From assembly GCF_003334765.1 (NCBI RefSeq), contig NZ_QOWT01000007.1: a DNA stretch of 64,000 nucleotides; one strand, given 5' to 3'. Positions 21,786 to 36,983 of this stretch are shown here, piece after piece; the stretch's first letter is position 1; the number at the start of each line of letters is the position of its first letter. This DNA is from Escherichia coli. Its GTDB lineage: Bacteria; Pseudomonadota; Gammaproteobacteria; Enterobacterales; Enterobacteriaceae. Made by a program: the position numbers and the translations under genes. Below the pieces are notes generated by a model, which saw nothing but the letters and a program-made list of their open reading frames with translations, did no database searches and was not told the origin of the DNA.

Positions 21786-23150
21786 TTACTTACCAATACA
21801 GAAGCTGGAGAAAATCCGCCCCAGCAGGTCGTCTGAAGTAAATTCCCCGGTGATTTCGCTTAAGTTCTGCTGTGCCAGACGCAACTCTTCCGCCAGCAGT
21901 TCACCTGCCCAGGCTCCCAACAGTTGCGCTTTGCCCTGTTGTAGATGTTCCGCTGCCTGTTCCAGCGCCTGTAGGTGGCGACGACGCGCCAGGAAGCCGC
22001 CTTCCATGTTGGTGTCAAAGCCCATGCTCTGTTTGAGATGGTTACGCAGCACGTCCACGCCTTCACCAGTCCTTGCCGAGAGACGAATTAACGCGTGACC
22101 GTTCACTTCACTCATTCCCAGCGTTTCGCCGGTGATATCGGCTTTATTGCGCACCACGGTGATCGGCAGTTTCGCTGGCAGACGGGCAATAAATTCCGGC
22201 CAGATCTCTGCCGGATCCACGGCGTCTGTTGTGGTGCCATCGACCATAAACAGCACGCGGTCGGCCTGTTCAATTTCCTGCCACGCGCGCTCGATACCAA
22301 TACGTTCTACTTCGTCACTGGCTTCACGTAGCCCGGCGGTATCGATGATATGCAGCGGCATTCCGTCAATGTGGATATGCTCACGCAGCACGTCACGCGT
22401 AGTTCCGGCGATATCGGTTACGATTGCCGCTTCACGCCCCGCCAGCGCGTTTAACAGGCTCGATTTACCGGCGTTAGGACGTCCGGCAATCACCACTTTC
22501 ATCCCTTCGCGCAACAAACTACCCTGACGTGCTTCAGCACGCACTGCATCAAGATCGGCAATAACGTCATTGAGCTGGGCTTCAATTTTTCCGTCGGAGA
22601 GGAAATCGATCTCTTCATCGGGGAAATCAATTGCCGCTTCGACGTAAATGCGCAAGTGGGTGAGGGCTTCTACCAGATGATTAACCCGTGCGGAGAATGC
22701 GCCTTGCAGCGAGTTAAGTGCCGAACGGGCCGCCTGTTCCGAACTGGCGTCGATAAGATCGGCAATCGCCTCGGCCTGGGCTAAGTCAAGTTTATCGTTA
22801 AGAAACGCGCGTTCGGAAAACTCACCAGGGCGAGCAATCCGCAGGCCGGGAATGGTCAGAATGCGTTTTAACAGCAGGTCGAGGATCACCGGACCGCCAT
22901 GACCTTGCAGTTCCAGCACATCTTCGCCGGTGAACGAGTTCGGGCCAGGGAACCATAGCGCAATCCCCTGATCGAGCACGCTGCCGTCGGCGTCTTTAAA
23001 CGGAAGATAATCGGCGTAGCGCGGCTTAGGCAGTTTACCCAGCACGGTTTCGGCAACTTCACGGGCTTTGAAGCCGGAGATGCGCAGGATGCCAACGCCG
23101 CCACGTCCCGGAGGCGTGGCCTGGGCTACGATAGTGTCATTATCGCTCAT
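21786..23150 (-). CDS. mnmE: tRNA modification GTPase MnmE (TrmE)
   Basis: 454-aa ORF with G-domain motifs [13 protein letters not shown] and C-terminal CIGK. Confidence 0.95.
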
Positions 23151-23171
23151 GATGTTCCTGTTGCTTTGTGT

Positions 23172-23199
23172 GGCGGATGCGCGGTGCTTATCCGCCCTA
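23172..23199. repeat. REP-like palindrome in mnmE-yidC spacer
   Basis: ggcggatgcgcggtgcttatccgccctac resembles one REP unit. Confidence 0.45.
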
Positions 23200-23232
23200 C
23201 GAAAAGAAAAAAGGCGGTCAACTGACCGCCCT
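23200..23232 (-). terminator. Rho-independent terminator downstream of yidC
   Basis: ggcggtca / tgaccgcc inverted repeat; on minus strand followed by a U-run (plus-strand A-run 23202-23212). Confidence 0.6.
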
Positions 23233-23255
23233 TATTTTAGCGAAAACTCACCGAA

Positions 23256-24902
23256 TCAGGATTTTTTCTTCTCGCGGCTATGCAGGCCACGTTTTTCCAG
23301 ACCACGGTAAATCAGCTGCTGCTGAATAATGGTTACCAGGTTGCTGACGATATAGTACAGCACCAGACCTGACGGGAACCACAGGAAGAACACGGTGAAG
23401 ATGACCGGCATAAAGGTCATGATCTTCTGCTGCATCGGGTCGGTCACTGTGGTCGGCGACATCTTCTGAATGAAGAACATCGTTACGCCCATCAGGATCG
23501 GCAGGATGTAGTACGGGTCCTGTGCCGACAGGTCGTGGATCCACAGTGCAAACGGTGCCTGACGCAGTTCAACGGAACCCATCAGCATGTAGTACAACGC
23601 CAGGAAGATTGGCATCTGGATCAGCAGCGGGAAGCAGCCGCCCAGCGGGTTAACCTTCTCAGCTTTGTACAGCGCCATCATTTCCTGGCTGATACGCTGT
23701 TTGTCATCGCCCAGACGCTCACGCATTGCCTGAATCTTCGGCTGCAACATACGCATCTTCGCCATGGAGGTGTACTGCGCTTTGGTCAGCGGGTACATGA
23801 TGCCACGAACGATAAAGGTGATGATGATAATGGAGAAGCCCCAGTTACCCACAAAGCTATGGATCCATTTCAGCAGTTTGAACAGCGGCTGAGAGATGAA
23901 CCACAACCAACCGTAATCAACGGTCAGATCCAGGTGCGGAGCAACAGCTGCCATTTTGTCCTGGATTTCCGGGCCAACCCACAGGGTGCTGTTCATCGCG
24001 CCAGTCTGACCAGGCTGAACCAGTACCGGCTGAGATTTATAGCCGATAGCGGCGATGCCGTTACCCAGATTAGCGGTATAGAAGTTGTTGGTACCGTCGT
24101 TATGCGGGATCCACGCCGTCGCGAAATACTGTTGCAGCATCGCCACCCAACCACCTTTCGAAGAGATGTTCAGGTTTTCGTTATCGGCAATGGTATCGAA
24201 CTTGTATTTCTCATACTTCTCGTCAGGCGTGGAGTACGCCGCGCCACGGAAGGTGTGCAGTGCGAAGTTGCTGCTTCCGGTATCGAGATGCGGTGGCAGA
24301 GTGATGGATTGCTTCAACTGACCAAACGAGGAGATTTCCAGCGGTTTCTCGCCAGCGTTCTGCACGTTGTAGTTGACGTTGACAGCGTAATCACCACGTT
24401 TCAGGACAAACGTTTTGGTAAACGTGTTGCCTGCCGCGTCGGTATACGTCATCGGCACCTGCAGTTCGTTTTGACCTTCAGCCAGCACATAAGCGTCTTT
24501 TTCAACGTTATACAGCGGACGCGGGCCGTTAGCCGGGTTATCCGGGCCATCACGACCGGTCAGACCGCTCTGTGCCTGATAAATAAACTGCGGTGAAGTT
24601 TCCAACAGCTGGAACGGCTGGGTAGAGTTCAGCTCTTTCGGGTAAGCAGGCAGCAGAGCTTGCTCAACATCACCACCACGGGTGTTGATGGTCAGATCAA
24701 GCACGTCGGTCTTAACCGAGATCAGTTTCCCCTGGCCACTGGCCGGTACGCCCTGGTCGGCGGCGCTACCCGCTGCGGTGGTCGTTGTCTGCGTGGTCTG
24801 TTGGGCCTGAGGTTGCGGGTTTTTATCCTGCTCCCAGGCTTGCCAGATCATGAAAGACACGAACAGCAAAGCGATGACTAAAAGATTGCGTTGCGAATCC
24901 AT
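23256..24902 (-). CDS. yidC: membrane protein insertase YidC
   Basis: 548-aa ORF. Confidence 0.95.
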
Positions 24903-24904
24903 CG

Positions 24905-25162
24905 TTAGTGTTCTCTGGTATCAAATGGTCCGGGCGGGACGGGATCGTCACCACCAGGGTGTAAAGGGTGGCATTTTAATACGCGTTTCACCGTCAACCA
25001 ACTGCCTTTTATCACTCCAAACCTGCGCAATGCCTCAATTCCGTAGCTTGAACAGGTTGGAGTGAAACGACAATGCGGCCCGAGTAGCGGACTAATCAGG
25101 CGTTGATAGACCCGAATGAGGGCTATCAGGACCCGCGAGCCAGGCGACAGTGGCGGCGCCAT
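24905..25162 (-). CDS. yidD: membrane protein insertion efficiency factor YidD
   Basis: 85-aa ORF between rnpA and yidC, overlaps rnpA 3' end. Confidence 0.85.
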
Positions 25163-25485
25163 AATTTTTCCAACGCTTCCGAGAGAGCACGGTTATCGAG
25201 GTCGGCAACCCCTTTTTTCGCCACCACCACGAAATCCATAGCCGGGAGTTCATGTTGGCGCAGACGGAAGCTTTCACGCGTCAGACGTTTAATCCGATTG
25301 CGTTCATGGGCGCGTCGAACGTTTTTCTTGGCGACTGTAAGACCGATACGGGGATGCCCCAGCGAATTCAGGCGGCCGAGAATGGTAATTTGCGGCGTGC
25401 CAGCCCGTTGTGGCTGCTGGAAGACGAATGTGAATTGACTGGGAGTTAACAAGCGTAACTCCCTGGGAAATGCGAGCTTAACCAC
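25126..25485 (-). CDS. rnpA: RNase P protein component RnpA
   Basis: 119-aa basic ORF immediately downstream of rpmH. Confidence 0.93.
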
Positions 25486-25501
25486 TCAGGGGTTAGCTTT
25501 A

Positions 25502-25654
<153 letters not shown>

Positions 25655-26030
25655 CTAAACTTGAATAAATTCAATGGCTTTATTGGATATCCGCCGAAAA
25701 ATGAAACGATGGACACCGAAGCCATGGGTGATTAAAGAGGCCGGATTGTAATAATTGTACACTCCGGAGTCAATTCTCTTTCCTTATTTACCGCGCTTTT
25801 CCGCACCTTTTCGCAGGGAAAATGTACGACCTCACACCAGTGGAAACCAGCATGGCGCGCCGGGTGGAGGATTATACGGGCTGATGGGTAAAGCGCAAGG
25901 ATCGTCCTGGATCTTTATTAGATCGATTAAGCCAATTTTTGTCTATGGTCATTAAATTTTCCAATATGCGGCGTAAATCGTGCCCGCCTCGCGGCAGGAT
26001 CGTTTACACTTAGCGAGTTCTGGAAAGTCC

Positions 26031-26125
26031 TGTGGATAAATCGGGAAAATCTGTGAGAAACAGAAGATCTCTTGCGCAGTTTAGGCTATGATCCGCGGTC
26101 CCGATCGTTTTGCAGGATCTTGATC
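26031..26125. promoter_or_regulatory. dnaA promoter region: DnaA box plus GATC cluster
   Basis: tgtggataa (DnaA box TTATCCACA on the opposite strand) at 26031-26039; five GATC sites between 26066 and 26125. Confidence 0.65.
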
Positions 26126-26248
26126 GGGCATATAACCGCAGACAGCGGTTCGTGCGTCACCCTCAAGCAGGGTCTTTTCGACGTACGTCAACAATCATGA
26201 ATGTTTCAGCCTTAGTCATTATCGACTTTTGTTCGAGTGGAGTCCGCC

Positions 26249-27652
26249 GTGTCACTTTCGCTTTGGCAGCAGTGTCTTGCCCGATTGCAGGATGAGTTAC
26301 CAGCCACAGAATTCAGTATGTGGATACGCCCATTGCAGGCGGAACTGAGCGATAACACGCTGGCCCTGTACGCGCCAAACCGTTTTGTCCTCGATTGGGT
26401 ACGGGACAAGTACCTTAATAATATCAATGGACTGCTAACCAGTTTCTGCGGAGCGGATGCCCCACAGCTGCGTTTTGAAGTCGGCACCAAACCGGTGACG
26501 CAAACGCCACAAGCGGCAGTGACGAGCAACGTCGCGGCCCCTGCACAGGTGGCGCAAACGCAGCCGCAACGTGCTGCGCCTTCTACGCGCTCAGGTTGGG
26601 ATAACGTCCCGGCCCCGGCAGAACCGACCTATCGTTCTAACGTAAACGTCAAACACACGTTTGATAACTTCGTTGAAGGTAAATCTAACCAACTGGCGCG
26701 CGCGGCGGCTCGCCAGGTGGCGGATAACCCTGGCGGTGCCTATAACCCGTTGTTCCTTTATGGCGGCACGGGTCTGGGTAAAACTCACCTGCTGCATGCG
26801 GTGGGTAACGGCATTATGGCGCGCAAGCCGAATGCCAAAGTGGTTTATATGCACTCCGAGCGCTTTGTTCAGGACATGGTTAAAGCCCTGCAAAACAACG
26901 CGATCGAAGAGTTTAAACGCTACTACCGTTCCGTAGATGCACTGCTGATCGACGATATTCAGTTTTTTGCTAATAAAGAACGATCTCAGGAAGAGTTTTT
27001 CCACACCTTCAACGCCCTGCTGGAAGGTAATCAACAGATCATTCTCACCTCGGATCGCTATCCGAAAGAGATCAACGGCGTTGAGGATCGTTTGAAATCC
27101 CGCTTCGGTTGGGGACTGACTGTGGCGATCGAACCGCCAGAGCTGGAAACCCGTGTGGCGATCCTGATGAAAAAGGCCGACGAAAACGACATTCGTTTGC
27201 CGGGCGAAGTGGCGTTCTTTATCGCCAAGCGTCTACGATCTAACGTACGTGAGCTGGAAGGGGCGCTGAACCGCGTCATTGCCAATGCCAACTTTACCGG
27301 ACGGGCGATCACCATCGACTTCGTGCGTGAGGCGCTGCGCGACTTGCTGGCATTGCAGGAAAAACTGGTCACCATCGACAATATTCAGAAGACGGTGGCG
27401 GAGTACTACAAGATCAAAGTCGCGGATCTCCTTTCCAAGCGTCGATCCCGCTCGGTGGCGCGTCCGCGCCAGATGGCGATGGCGCTGGCGAAAGAGCTGA
27501 CTAACCACAGTCTGCCGGAGATTGGCGATGCGTTTGGTGGCCGTGACCACACGACGGTGCTTCATGCCTGCCGTAAGATCGAGCAGTTGCGTGAAGAGAG
27601 CCACGATATCAAAGAAGATTTTTCAAATTTAATCAGAACATTGTCATCGTAA
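26249..27652 (+). CDS. dnaA: chromosomal replication initiator DnaA
   Basis: 467-aa product from GTG at 26249 ([14 protein letters not shown]...); AAA+ Walker [12 protein letters not shown]; track start 26237 is an upstream extension. Confidence 0.95.
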
Positions 27653-27656
27653 ACCT

Positions 27657-28756
27657 ATGAAATTTACCGTAGAACGTGAGCATTTATTAAAACCGCTACA
27701 ACAGGTGAGCGGTCCGTTAGGTGGTCGTCCTACGCTACCGATTCTCGGTAATCTGCTGTTACAGGTTGCTGACGGTACGTTGTCGCTGACCGGTACTGAT
27801 CTCGAGATGGAAATGGTGGCACGTGTTGCGCTGGTTCAGCCACACGAGCCAGGAGCGACGACCGTTCCGGCGCGCAAATTCTTTGATATCTGCCGTGGTC
27901 TGCCTGAAGGCGCGGAAATTGCCGTGCAGCTGGAAGGTGAACGGATGCTGGTACGCTCCGGGCGTAGCCGTTTTTCGCTGTCTACCCTGCCAGCGGCGGA
28001 TTTCCCGAACCTCGATGACTGGCAGAGTGAAGTCGAATTTACCCTGCCGCAGGCAACGATGAAGCGTCTGATTGAAGCGACCCAGTTTTCTATGGCGCAT
28101 CAGGACGTTCGCTATTACTTAAATGGTATGCTGTTTGAAACCGAAGGTGAAGAACTGCGCACCGTGGCAACCGACGGCCACCGTCTGGCGGTCTGTTCAA
28201 TGCCAATTGGTCAATCTTTGCCAAGCCATTCGGTGATCGTACCGCGTAAAGGCGTGATTGAACTGATGCGTATGCTCGACGGCGGCGACAATCCGCTGCG
28301 CGTACAGATTGGCAGCAACAACATTCGCGCCCACGTTGGCGACTTTATCTTCACCTCCAAACTGGTGGATGGTCGCTTCCCGGATTATCGCCGCGTTCTG
28401 CCGAAGAACCCGGACAAACATCTGGAAGCTGGCTGCGATCTGCTCAAGCAGGCGTTTGCTCGCGCGGCGATTCTCTCTAACGAGAAATTCCGCGGCGTAC
28501 GTCTTTATGTCAGCGAAAACCAGCTGAAAATCACCGCCAACAACCCGGAACAGGAAGAAGCGGAAGAGATCCTCGACGTTACCTATAGCGGTGCGGAGAT
28601 GGAAATCGGCTTCAACGTCAGTTATGTGCTGGATGTTCTGAACGCGCTGAAATGCGAAAACGTCCGCATGATGCTGACCGATTCGGTTTCCAGCGTGCAG
28701 ATTGAAGATGCGGCCAGCCAGAGCGCGGCTTATGTTGTCATGCCAATGAGACTGTA

Positions 28757-28757
<1 letters not shown>
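27657..28757 (+). CDS. dnaN: DNA polymerase III beta sliding clamp DnaN
   Basis: 366-aa [20 protein letters not shown]... Confidence 0.96.
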
Positions 28758-32273
<3,516 letters not shown>

Positions 32274-32293
32274 TGGCGCTAACCATGCGAGCG

Positions 32294-32393
32294 TGCCTGA
32301 TGCGCTACGCTTATCAGGCCTACGAAAATCTTGCAATGTATTGAATTTTCATGATTTTGTAGGCCGGATAAGGCGTTCACGCCGCATCCGGCA
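32294..32393. repeat. BIME: two inverted REP units flanking an AT-rich spacer
   Basis: tgcctgatgcgctacgcttatcaggcctac (32294-32323) and gtaggccggataaggcgttcacgccgcatccggca (32359-32393) in opposite orientation. Confidence 0.6.
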
Positions 32394-32405
32394 AGAAGCT
32401 ATAAG

Positions 32406-32439
32406 AAAAGGGCGGAGATCATCTCCGCCCTTTTTATTT
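32406..32439 (+). terminator. Rho-independent terminator downstream of gyrB
   Basis: Perfect palindrome gggcggagat c atctccgccc (32410-32430) followed by tttttattt. Confidence 0.75.
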
Positions 32440-32512
32440 CTGCAATCCGCAATTATCATCCCGCAAATCTATACTTTTTGGGTCAACACGTAACGCTTTA
32501 CAGGTGATTATC

Positions 32513-32911
32513 ATGGGGCTTTTTGATGAAGTTGTCGGTGCCTTTCTGAAAGGCGATGCGGGGAAATATCAGGCTATTTTAAGTTGGGTTGAGGAGCAGG
32601 GCGGCATTCAGGTGCTGCTGGAAAAACTGCAAAGTGGCGGCTTAGGGGCCATTCTCTCAACCTGGCTGAGTAATCAACAGGGCAATCAATCGGTTAGTGG
32701 CGAGCAACTGGAATCGGCGCTCGGCACAAATGCGGTGTCCGATCTCGGGCAAAAACTTGGCGTGGATACCAGTACAGCTTCCATTTTACTGGCAGAACAA
32801 TTGCCGAAGATTATTGATGCGCTCTCACCGCAAGGTGAAGTGTCACCACAAGCCAATAACGATCTGCTTTCCGCAGGCATGGAACTGCTGAAAGGGAAAC
32901 TCTTCCGCTAA
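32513..32911 (+). CDS. yidB: uncharacterized protein YidB
   Basis: 132-aa product MGLFDEVVGAFLKGD... (track start 32504 is an extension). Confidence 0.8.
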   Translation: MGLFDEVVGAFLKGDAGKYQAILSWVEEQGGIQVLLEKLQSGGLGAILSTWLSNQQGNQSVSGEQLESALGTNAVSDLGQKLGVDTSTASILLAEQLPKIIDALSPQGEVSPQANNDLLSAGMELLKGKLFR

Positions 32912-33025
32912 GCAAAAAGGGAGCACGCAACGCGCGTTGCATCCCCCTTTTCCCTCGGGTGTTGTACTGATTTTTGAGCGGAATCGCGTTAGCATGGGTC
33001 AGGAACCAATCTACCTGGGGAACTC

Positions 33026-33838
33026 ATGGCTATTAAACTCATTGCTATCGATATGGATGGCACCCTTCTGCTGCCCGATCACACCATTTCACCCGCCGTT
33101 AAAAATGCGATTGCCGCAGCTCGCGCCCGTGGCGTGAATGTCGTGCTAACGACGGGTCGCCCGTATGCAGGTGTGCACAACTACCTGAAAGAGCTGCATA
33201 TGGAACAGCCGGGCGACTACTGCATTACTTATAACGGCGCGCTGGTACAGAAGGCCGCTGATGGTAGCACCGTGGCGCAAACTGCTCTCAGCTATGACGA
33301 CTATCGTTTCCTGGAAAAACTCTCTCGCGAAGTCGGTTCTCATTTCCACGCCCTGGACCGCACCACGCTGTACACCGCCAACCGTGATATCAGCTACTAC
33401 ACGGTGCATGAATCCTTCGTTGCCACCATTCCGCTGGTGTTCTGCGAAGCGGAGAAAATGGACCCCAATACCCAGTTCCTGAAAGTGATGATGATTGATG
33501 AACCCGCCATCCTCGACCAGGCTATCGCGCGTATTCCGCAGGAAGTGAAAGAGAAATATACCGTGCTGAAAAGTGCGCCGTACTTCCTCGAAATCCTCGA
33601 TAAACGCGTTAACAAAGGTACGGGGGTGAAATCACTGGCCGACGTGTTAGGTATTAAACCGGAAGAAATCATGGCGATTGGCGATCAGGAAAACGATATC
33701 GCAATGATTGAATATGCAGGCGTCGGTGTGGCGATGGATAACGCTATTCCTTCAGTGAAAGAAGTGGCGAACTTTGTCACCAAATCTAACCTTGAAGATG
33801 GCGTGGCGTTTGCTATTGAGAAGTATGTGCTGAATTAA
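33026..33838 (+). CDS. yidA: HAD-superfamily (Cof-type) sugar phosphatase YidA
   Basis: 270-aa ORF with HAD motif I IAIDMDGTLL. Confidence 0.9.
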   Translation: MAIKLIAIDMDGTLLLPDHTISPAVKNAIAAARARGVNVVLTTGRPYAGVHNYLKELHMEQPGDYCITYNGALVQKAADGSTVAQTALSYDDYRFLEKLSREVGSHFHALDRTTLYTANRDISYYTVHESFVATIPLVFCEAEKMDPNTQFLKVMMIDEPAILDQAIARIPQEVKEKYTVLKSAPYFLEILDKRVNKGTGVKSLADVLGIKPEEIMAIGDQENDIAMIEYAGVGVAMDNAIPSVKEVANFVTKSNLEDGVAFAIEKYVLN

Positions 33839-33883
33839 TCTGTGGGCGGGCAAACAGCATAAACGCGTTTGCCCGCTTACTGA

Positions 33884-34540
33884 TTATTGGTTTACTGCAT
33901 ATACAACCAGAAATTGCAGCGGTGCAGTAATGATGTCCAGCGTAACAGTCACTGGCAGTAATGCTGCGGAAACACCATCCGGAATGCCTCTGGGTGAATA
34001 GTATTCATAAAATCGCACTTTAAATGGATGGTAGAACGCCATCACCTTTGAGTAATCCATGTTTTTATTTTTCTCATGGATTGTGCCTTTTAGGTTTTCC
34101 AGTGACCTGGTACAGTGTTGAACACCACAGGCAAAACCATAATGCGTTGCCAGTGCCTTTTCTTCTTCGTTATTCCAGTAGTAGTAAAGCGATATTGTGC
34201 CGGTAAATTTCTTTTTCCCCGCATTTAAAACAAATCTTGCGTCATCGGCAACCTGAATATTGTGCCGGTTAAGTGCTGGATCATTGAGCATCTTAACGAT
34301 GTCATCGGCACCATCAGTGATAAGGTAATCCAGCGATTCCCCTACAAAAACATAGCCTTTTGTTCCATTACTATCTTTTGCCTGCGATAGCCCAGTGATG
34401 GTGTCTGACTGCGATTGATACTTTCCTGAACTACCCTTTGCGGTATGGGAAACCAGAGCATACGAGATACAGCCTGAAAGCATCAGCGCCAGTGGGAATA
34501 AACCGGCAGCCTTAAAAAATCCCTTAAAATTCAACTTCAT
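33884..34540 (-). CDS. yidX: putative lipoprotein YidX
   Basis: 218-aa product [24 protein letters not shown]... with lipobox LSGC; track ORF extends further upstream to 34657. Confidence 0.78.
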
Positions 34541-34678
34541 GATTAATCCTTTAAACGAGTAGCTAAGCCGTTGAAAGCATACTCTTCTTTCCCTCCTGTT
34601 TAGCGCCTGATATCCCTTTTCAGATTTCTGCCCGACGCATGTCATTTTTTTATGCATTGTTCTTTTTGTGATCTAAAT

Positions 34679-34751
34679 TGTAGTACAACAATATAAGTTT
34701 GTACTACATTACACGCACGGCAAACGCGAACGTCATCACGCTGGTACTACA
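34679..34751. promoter_or_regulatory. candidate DgoR operator repeats in dgo promoter
   Basis: Three GTA-N-TAC palindromic motifs: tgtagtaca (34679-34687), tgtactaca (34700-34708), ggtactaca (34743-34751); first two 21 bp apart. Confidence 0.45.
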
Positions 34752-34817
34752 AAGTTGCCGCGTTATGCATCGATCGGGGTAAAGTAGAGAAGAACATACA
34801 GAGCACAAGGACTCTCC

Positions 34818-35507
34818 ATGACTCTCAATAAAACCGATCGCATTGTCATTACGCTGGGTAAACAGATCGTTCACGGCAAATACGTGCCAGGCTCGCCGCT
34901 TCCGGCTGAGGCGGAACTCTGTGAGGAGTTTGCAACCTCGCGCAACATCATCCGTGAGGTGTTCCGTTCGCTGATGGCGAAGCGGCTGATTGAAATGAAA
35001 CGTTATCGCGGGGCGTTTGTGGCACCGCGTAACCAGTGGAATTACCTCGACACTGACGTACTGCAATGGGTGCTGGAAAATGACTACGACCCACGGCTTA
35101 TCAGTGCCATGAGCGAAGTGCGAAATCTGGTGGAACCGGCGATTGCCCGTTGGGCAGCAGAGCGCGCGACTTCCAGCGATCTGGCGCAGATTGAATCGGC
35201 GCTGAACGAGATGATTGCCAACAATCAGGACCGCGAAGCGTTTAACGAAGCGGATATTCGCTACCACGAGGCGGTGCTGCAGTCGGTGCATAACCCGGTG
35301 TTACAGCAACTTAGCATTGCGATCAGTTCGCTGCAGCGGGCGGTTTTTGAACGAACCTGGATGGGCGATGAGGCCAACATGCCGCAAACGCTCCAGGAAC
35401 ATAAGGCGCTGTTCGATGCGATACGACATCAGGACGGCGATGCGGCAGAGCAGGCGGCGCTTACCATGATCGCCAGCTCGACACGAAGGTTAAAGGAAAT
35501 CACATGA
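34818..35507 (+). CDS. dgoR: GntR/FadR-family repressor DgoR
   Basis: 229-aa ORF with N-terminal winged HTH. Confidence 0.9.
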   Translation: MTLNKTDRIVITLGKQIVHGKYVPGSPLPAEAELCEEFATSRNIIREVFRSLMAKRLIEMKRYRGAFVAPRNQWNYLDTDVLQWVLENDYDPRLISAMSEVRNLVEPAIARWAAERATSSDLAQIESALNEMIANNQDREAFNEADIRYHEAVLQSVHNPVLQQLSIAISSLQRAVFERTWMGDEANMPQTLQEHKALFDAIRHQDGDAAEQAALTMIASSTRRLKEIT

Positions 35508-36382
35508 CAGCTCGCTACATCGCAATTGACTGGGGATCGACCAATCTGCGCGCCTGGCTTTATCAGGGCGACCACTGCCTGGAGAGCAGGCAATCAGAAG
35601 CAGGCGTCACGCGCCTGAACGGAAAATCTCCGGCTGCGGTGTTAGCAGAAGTCACGACCGACTGGCGTGAAGAGAAAACGCCAGTGGTAATGGCAGGAAT
35701 GGTTGGCAGCAACGTCGGCTGGAAAGTTGCACCGTATTTATCTGTTCCTGCCTGTTTTTCGTCTATTGGCGAACAATTAACGTCAGTTGGCGACAATATC
35801 TGGATTATTCCCGGATTATGTGTCTCTCATGACGATAACCACAATGTGATGCGCGGCGAAGAAACACAATTGATCGGCGCGCGAGCTCTGGCTCCTTCCT
35901 CTCTTTATGTCATGCCCGGAACCCATTGCAAATGGGTGCAGGCCGATAGCCAGCAAATCAACGATTTTCGCACCGTGATGACCGGTGAATTACATCATTT
36001 ACTGTTAAATCACTCATTGATTGGCGCAGGTTTGCCGCCGCAGGAAAACTCTGCCGATGCCTTCACAGCTGGCCTTGAGCGTGGTCTTAATACGCCCGCC
36101 ATATTGCCGCAGCTTTTTGAAGTTCGCGCCTCGCATGTGCTGGGAACACTTCCCCGCGAACAGGTCAGCGAATTTCTCTCTGGTTTGTTGATTGGCGCAG
36201 AGGTCGCCAGTATGCGCGACTATGTGGCCCATCAACACGCCATCACCCTTGTCGCCGGAACATCGCTGACCGCGCGCTACCAGCAAGCCTTTCAGGCGAT
36301 GGGTTGCGACGTGACGGCGGTGGCGGGCGACACGGCATTTCAGGCTGGTATAAGGAGCATCGCTCATGCAGTGGCAAACTAA
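35504..36382 (+). CDS. dgoK: 2-dehydro-3-deoxygalactonokinase DgoK
   Basis: 292-aa ORF, start overlaps dgoR stop. Confidence 0.9.
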   Translation: MTARYIAIDWGSTNLRAWLYQGDHCLESRQSEAGVTRLNGKSPAAVLAEVTTDWREEKTPVVMAGMVGSNVGWKVAPYLSVPACFSSIGEQLTSVGDNIWIIPGLCVSHDDNHNVMRGEETQLIGARALAPSSLYVMPGTHCKWVQADSQQINDFRTVMTGELHHLLLNHSLIGAGLPPQENSADAFTAGLERGLNTPAILPQLFEVRASHVLGTLPREQVSEFLSGLLIGAEVASMRDYVAHQHAITLVAGTSLTARYQQAFQAMGCDVTAVAGDTAFQAGIRSIAHAVAN

Positions 36383-36983
36383 ACTCCCGCTGATCGCCAT
36401 TTTGCGCGGTATTACGCCCGACGAGGCGCTGGCGCATGTTGGCGCGGTGATTGACGCCGGGTTCGACGCGGTTGAAATCCCGCTGAATTCCCCACAATGG
36501 GAGCAAAGCATTCCCGCCATCGTTGATGCGTACGGCGACAAGGCGTTGATTGGCGCAGGTACGGTACTGAAACCTGAACAGGTCGATGCGCTCGCCAGGA
36601 TGAGCTGTCAGCTCATCGTTACGCCCAATATCCATAGTGAAGTGATCCGCCGTGCGGTGGGCTACGGCATGACCGTCTGCCCCGGCTGCGCGACGGCGAC
36701 CGAAGCCTTTACCGCGCTCGAAGCGGGCGCGCAGGCGCTGAAAATATTTCCGTCATCGGCTTTTGGTCCGCAATACATCAAAGCGTTAAAAGCGGTATTG
36801 CCATCGGACATCGCAGTCTTTGCCGTTGGCGGCGTGACGCCAGAAAACCTGGCGCAGTGGATAGACGCAGGTTGTGCAGGGGCGGGCTTAGGCAGCGATC
36901 TCTATCGCGCCGGGCAATCCGTAGAGCGCACCGCGCAGCAGGCAGCAGCATTTGTTAAGGCGTATCGAGAGGCAGTGCAATGA
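36366..36983 (+). CDS. dgoA: 2-dehydro-3-deoxy-6-phosphogalactonate aldolase DgoA
   Basis: 205-aa ORF, KDPG-aldolase-like. Confidence 0.9.

Noticed and set aside
23535-24596. 353-aa plus-strand ORF
   Set aside because: Antisense to yidC; Arg/His-rich low-complexity translation
34541-34657. Upstream extension of the yidX ORF
   Set aside because: Real start is the ATG giving a signal peptide with lipobox; extension is an in-frame read-through artefact
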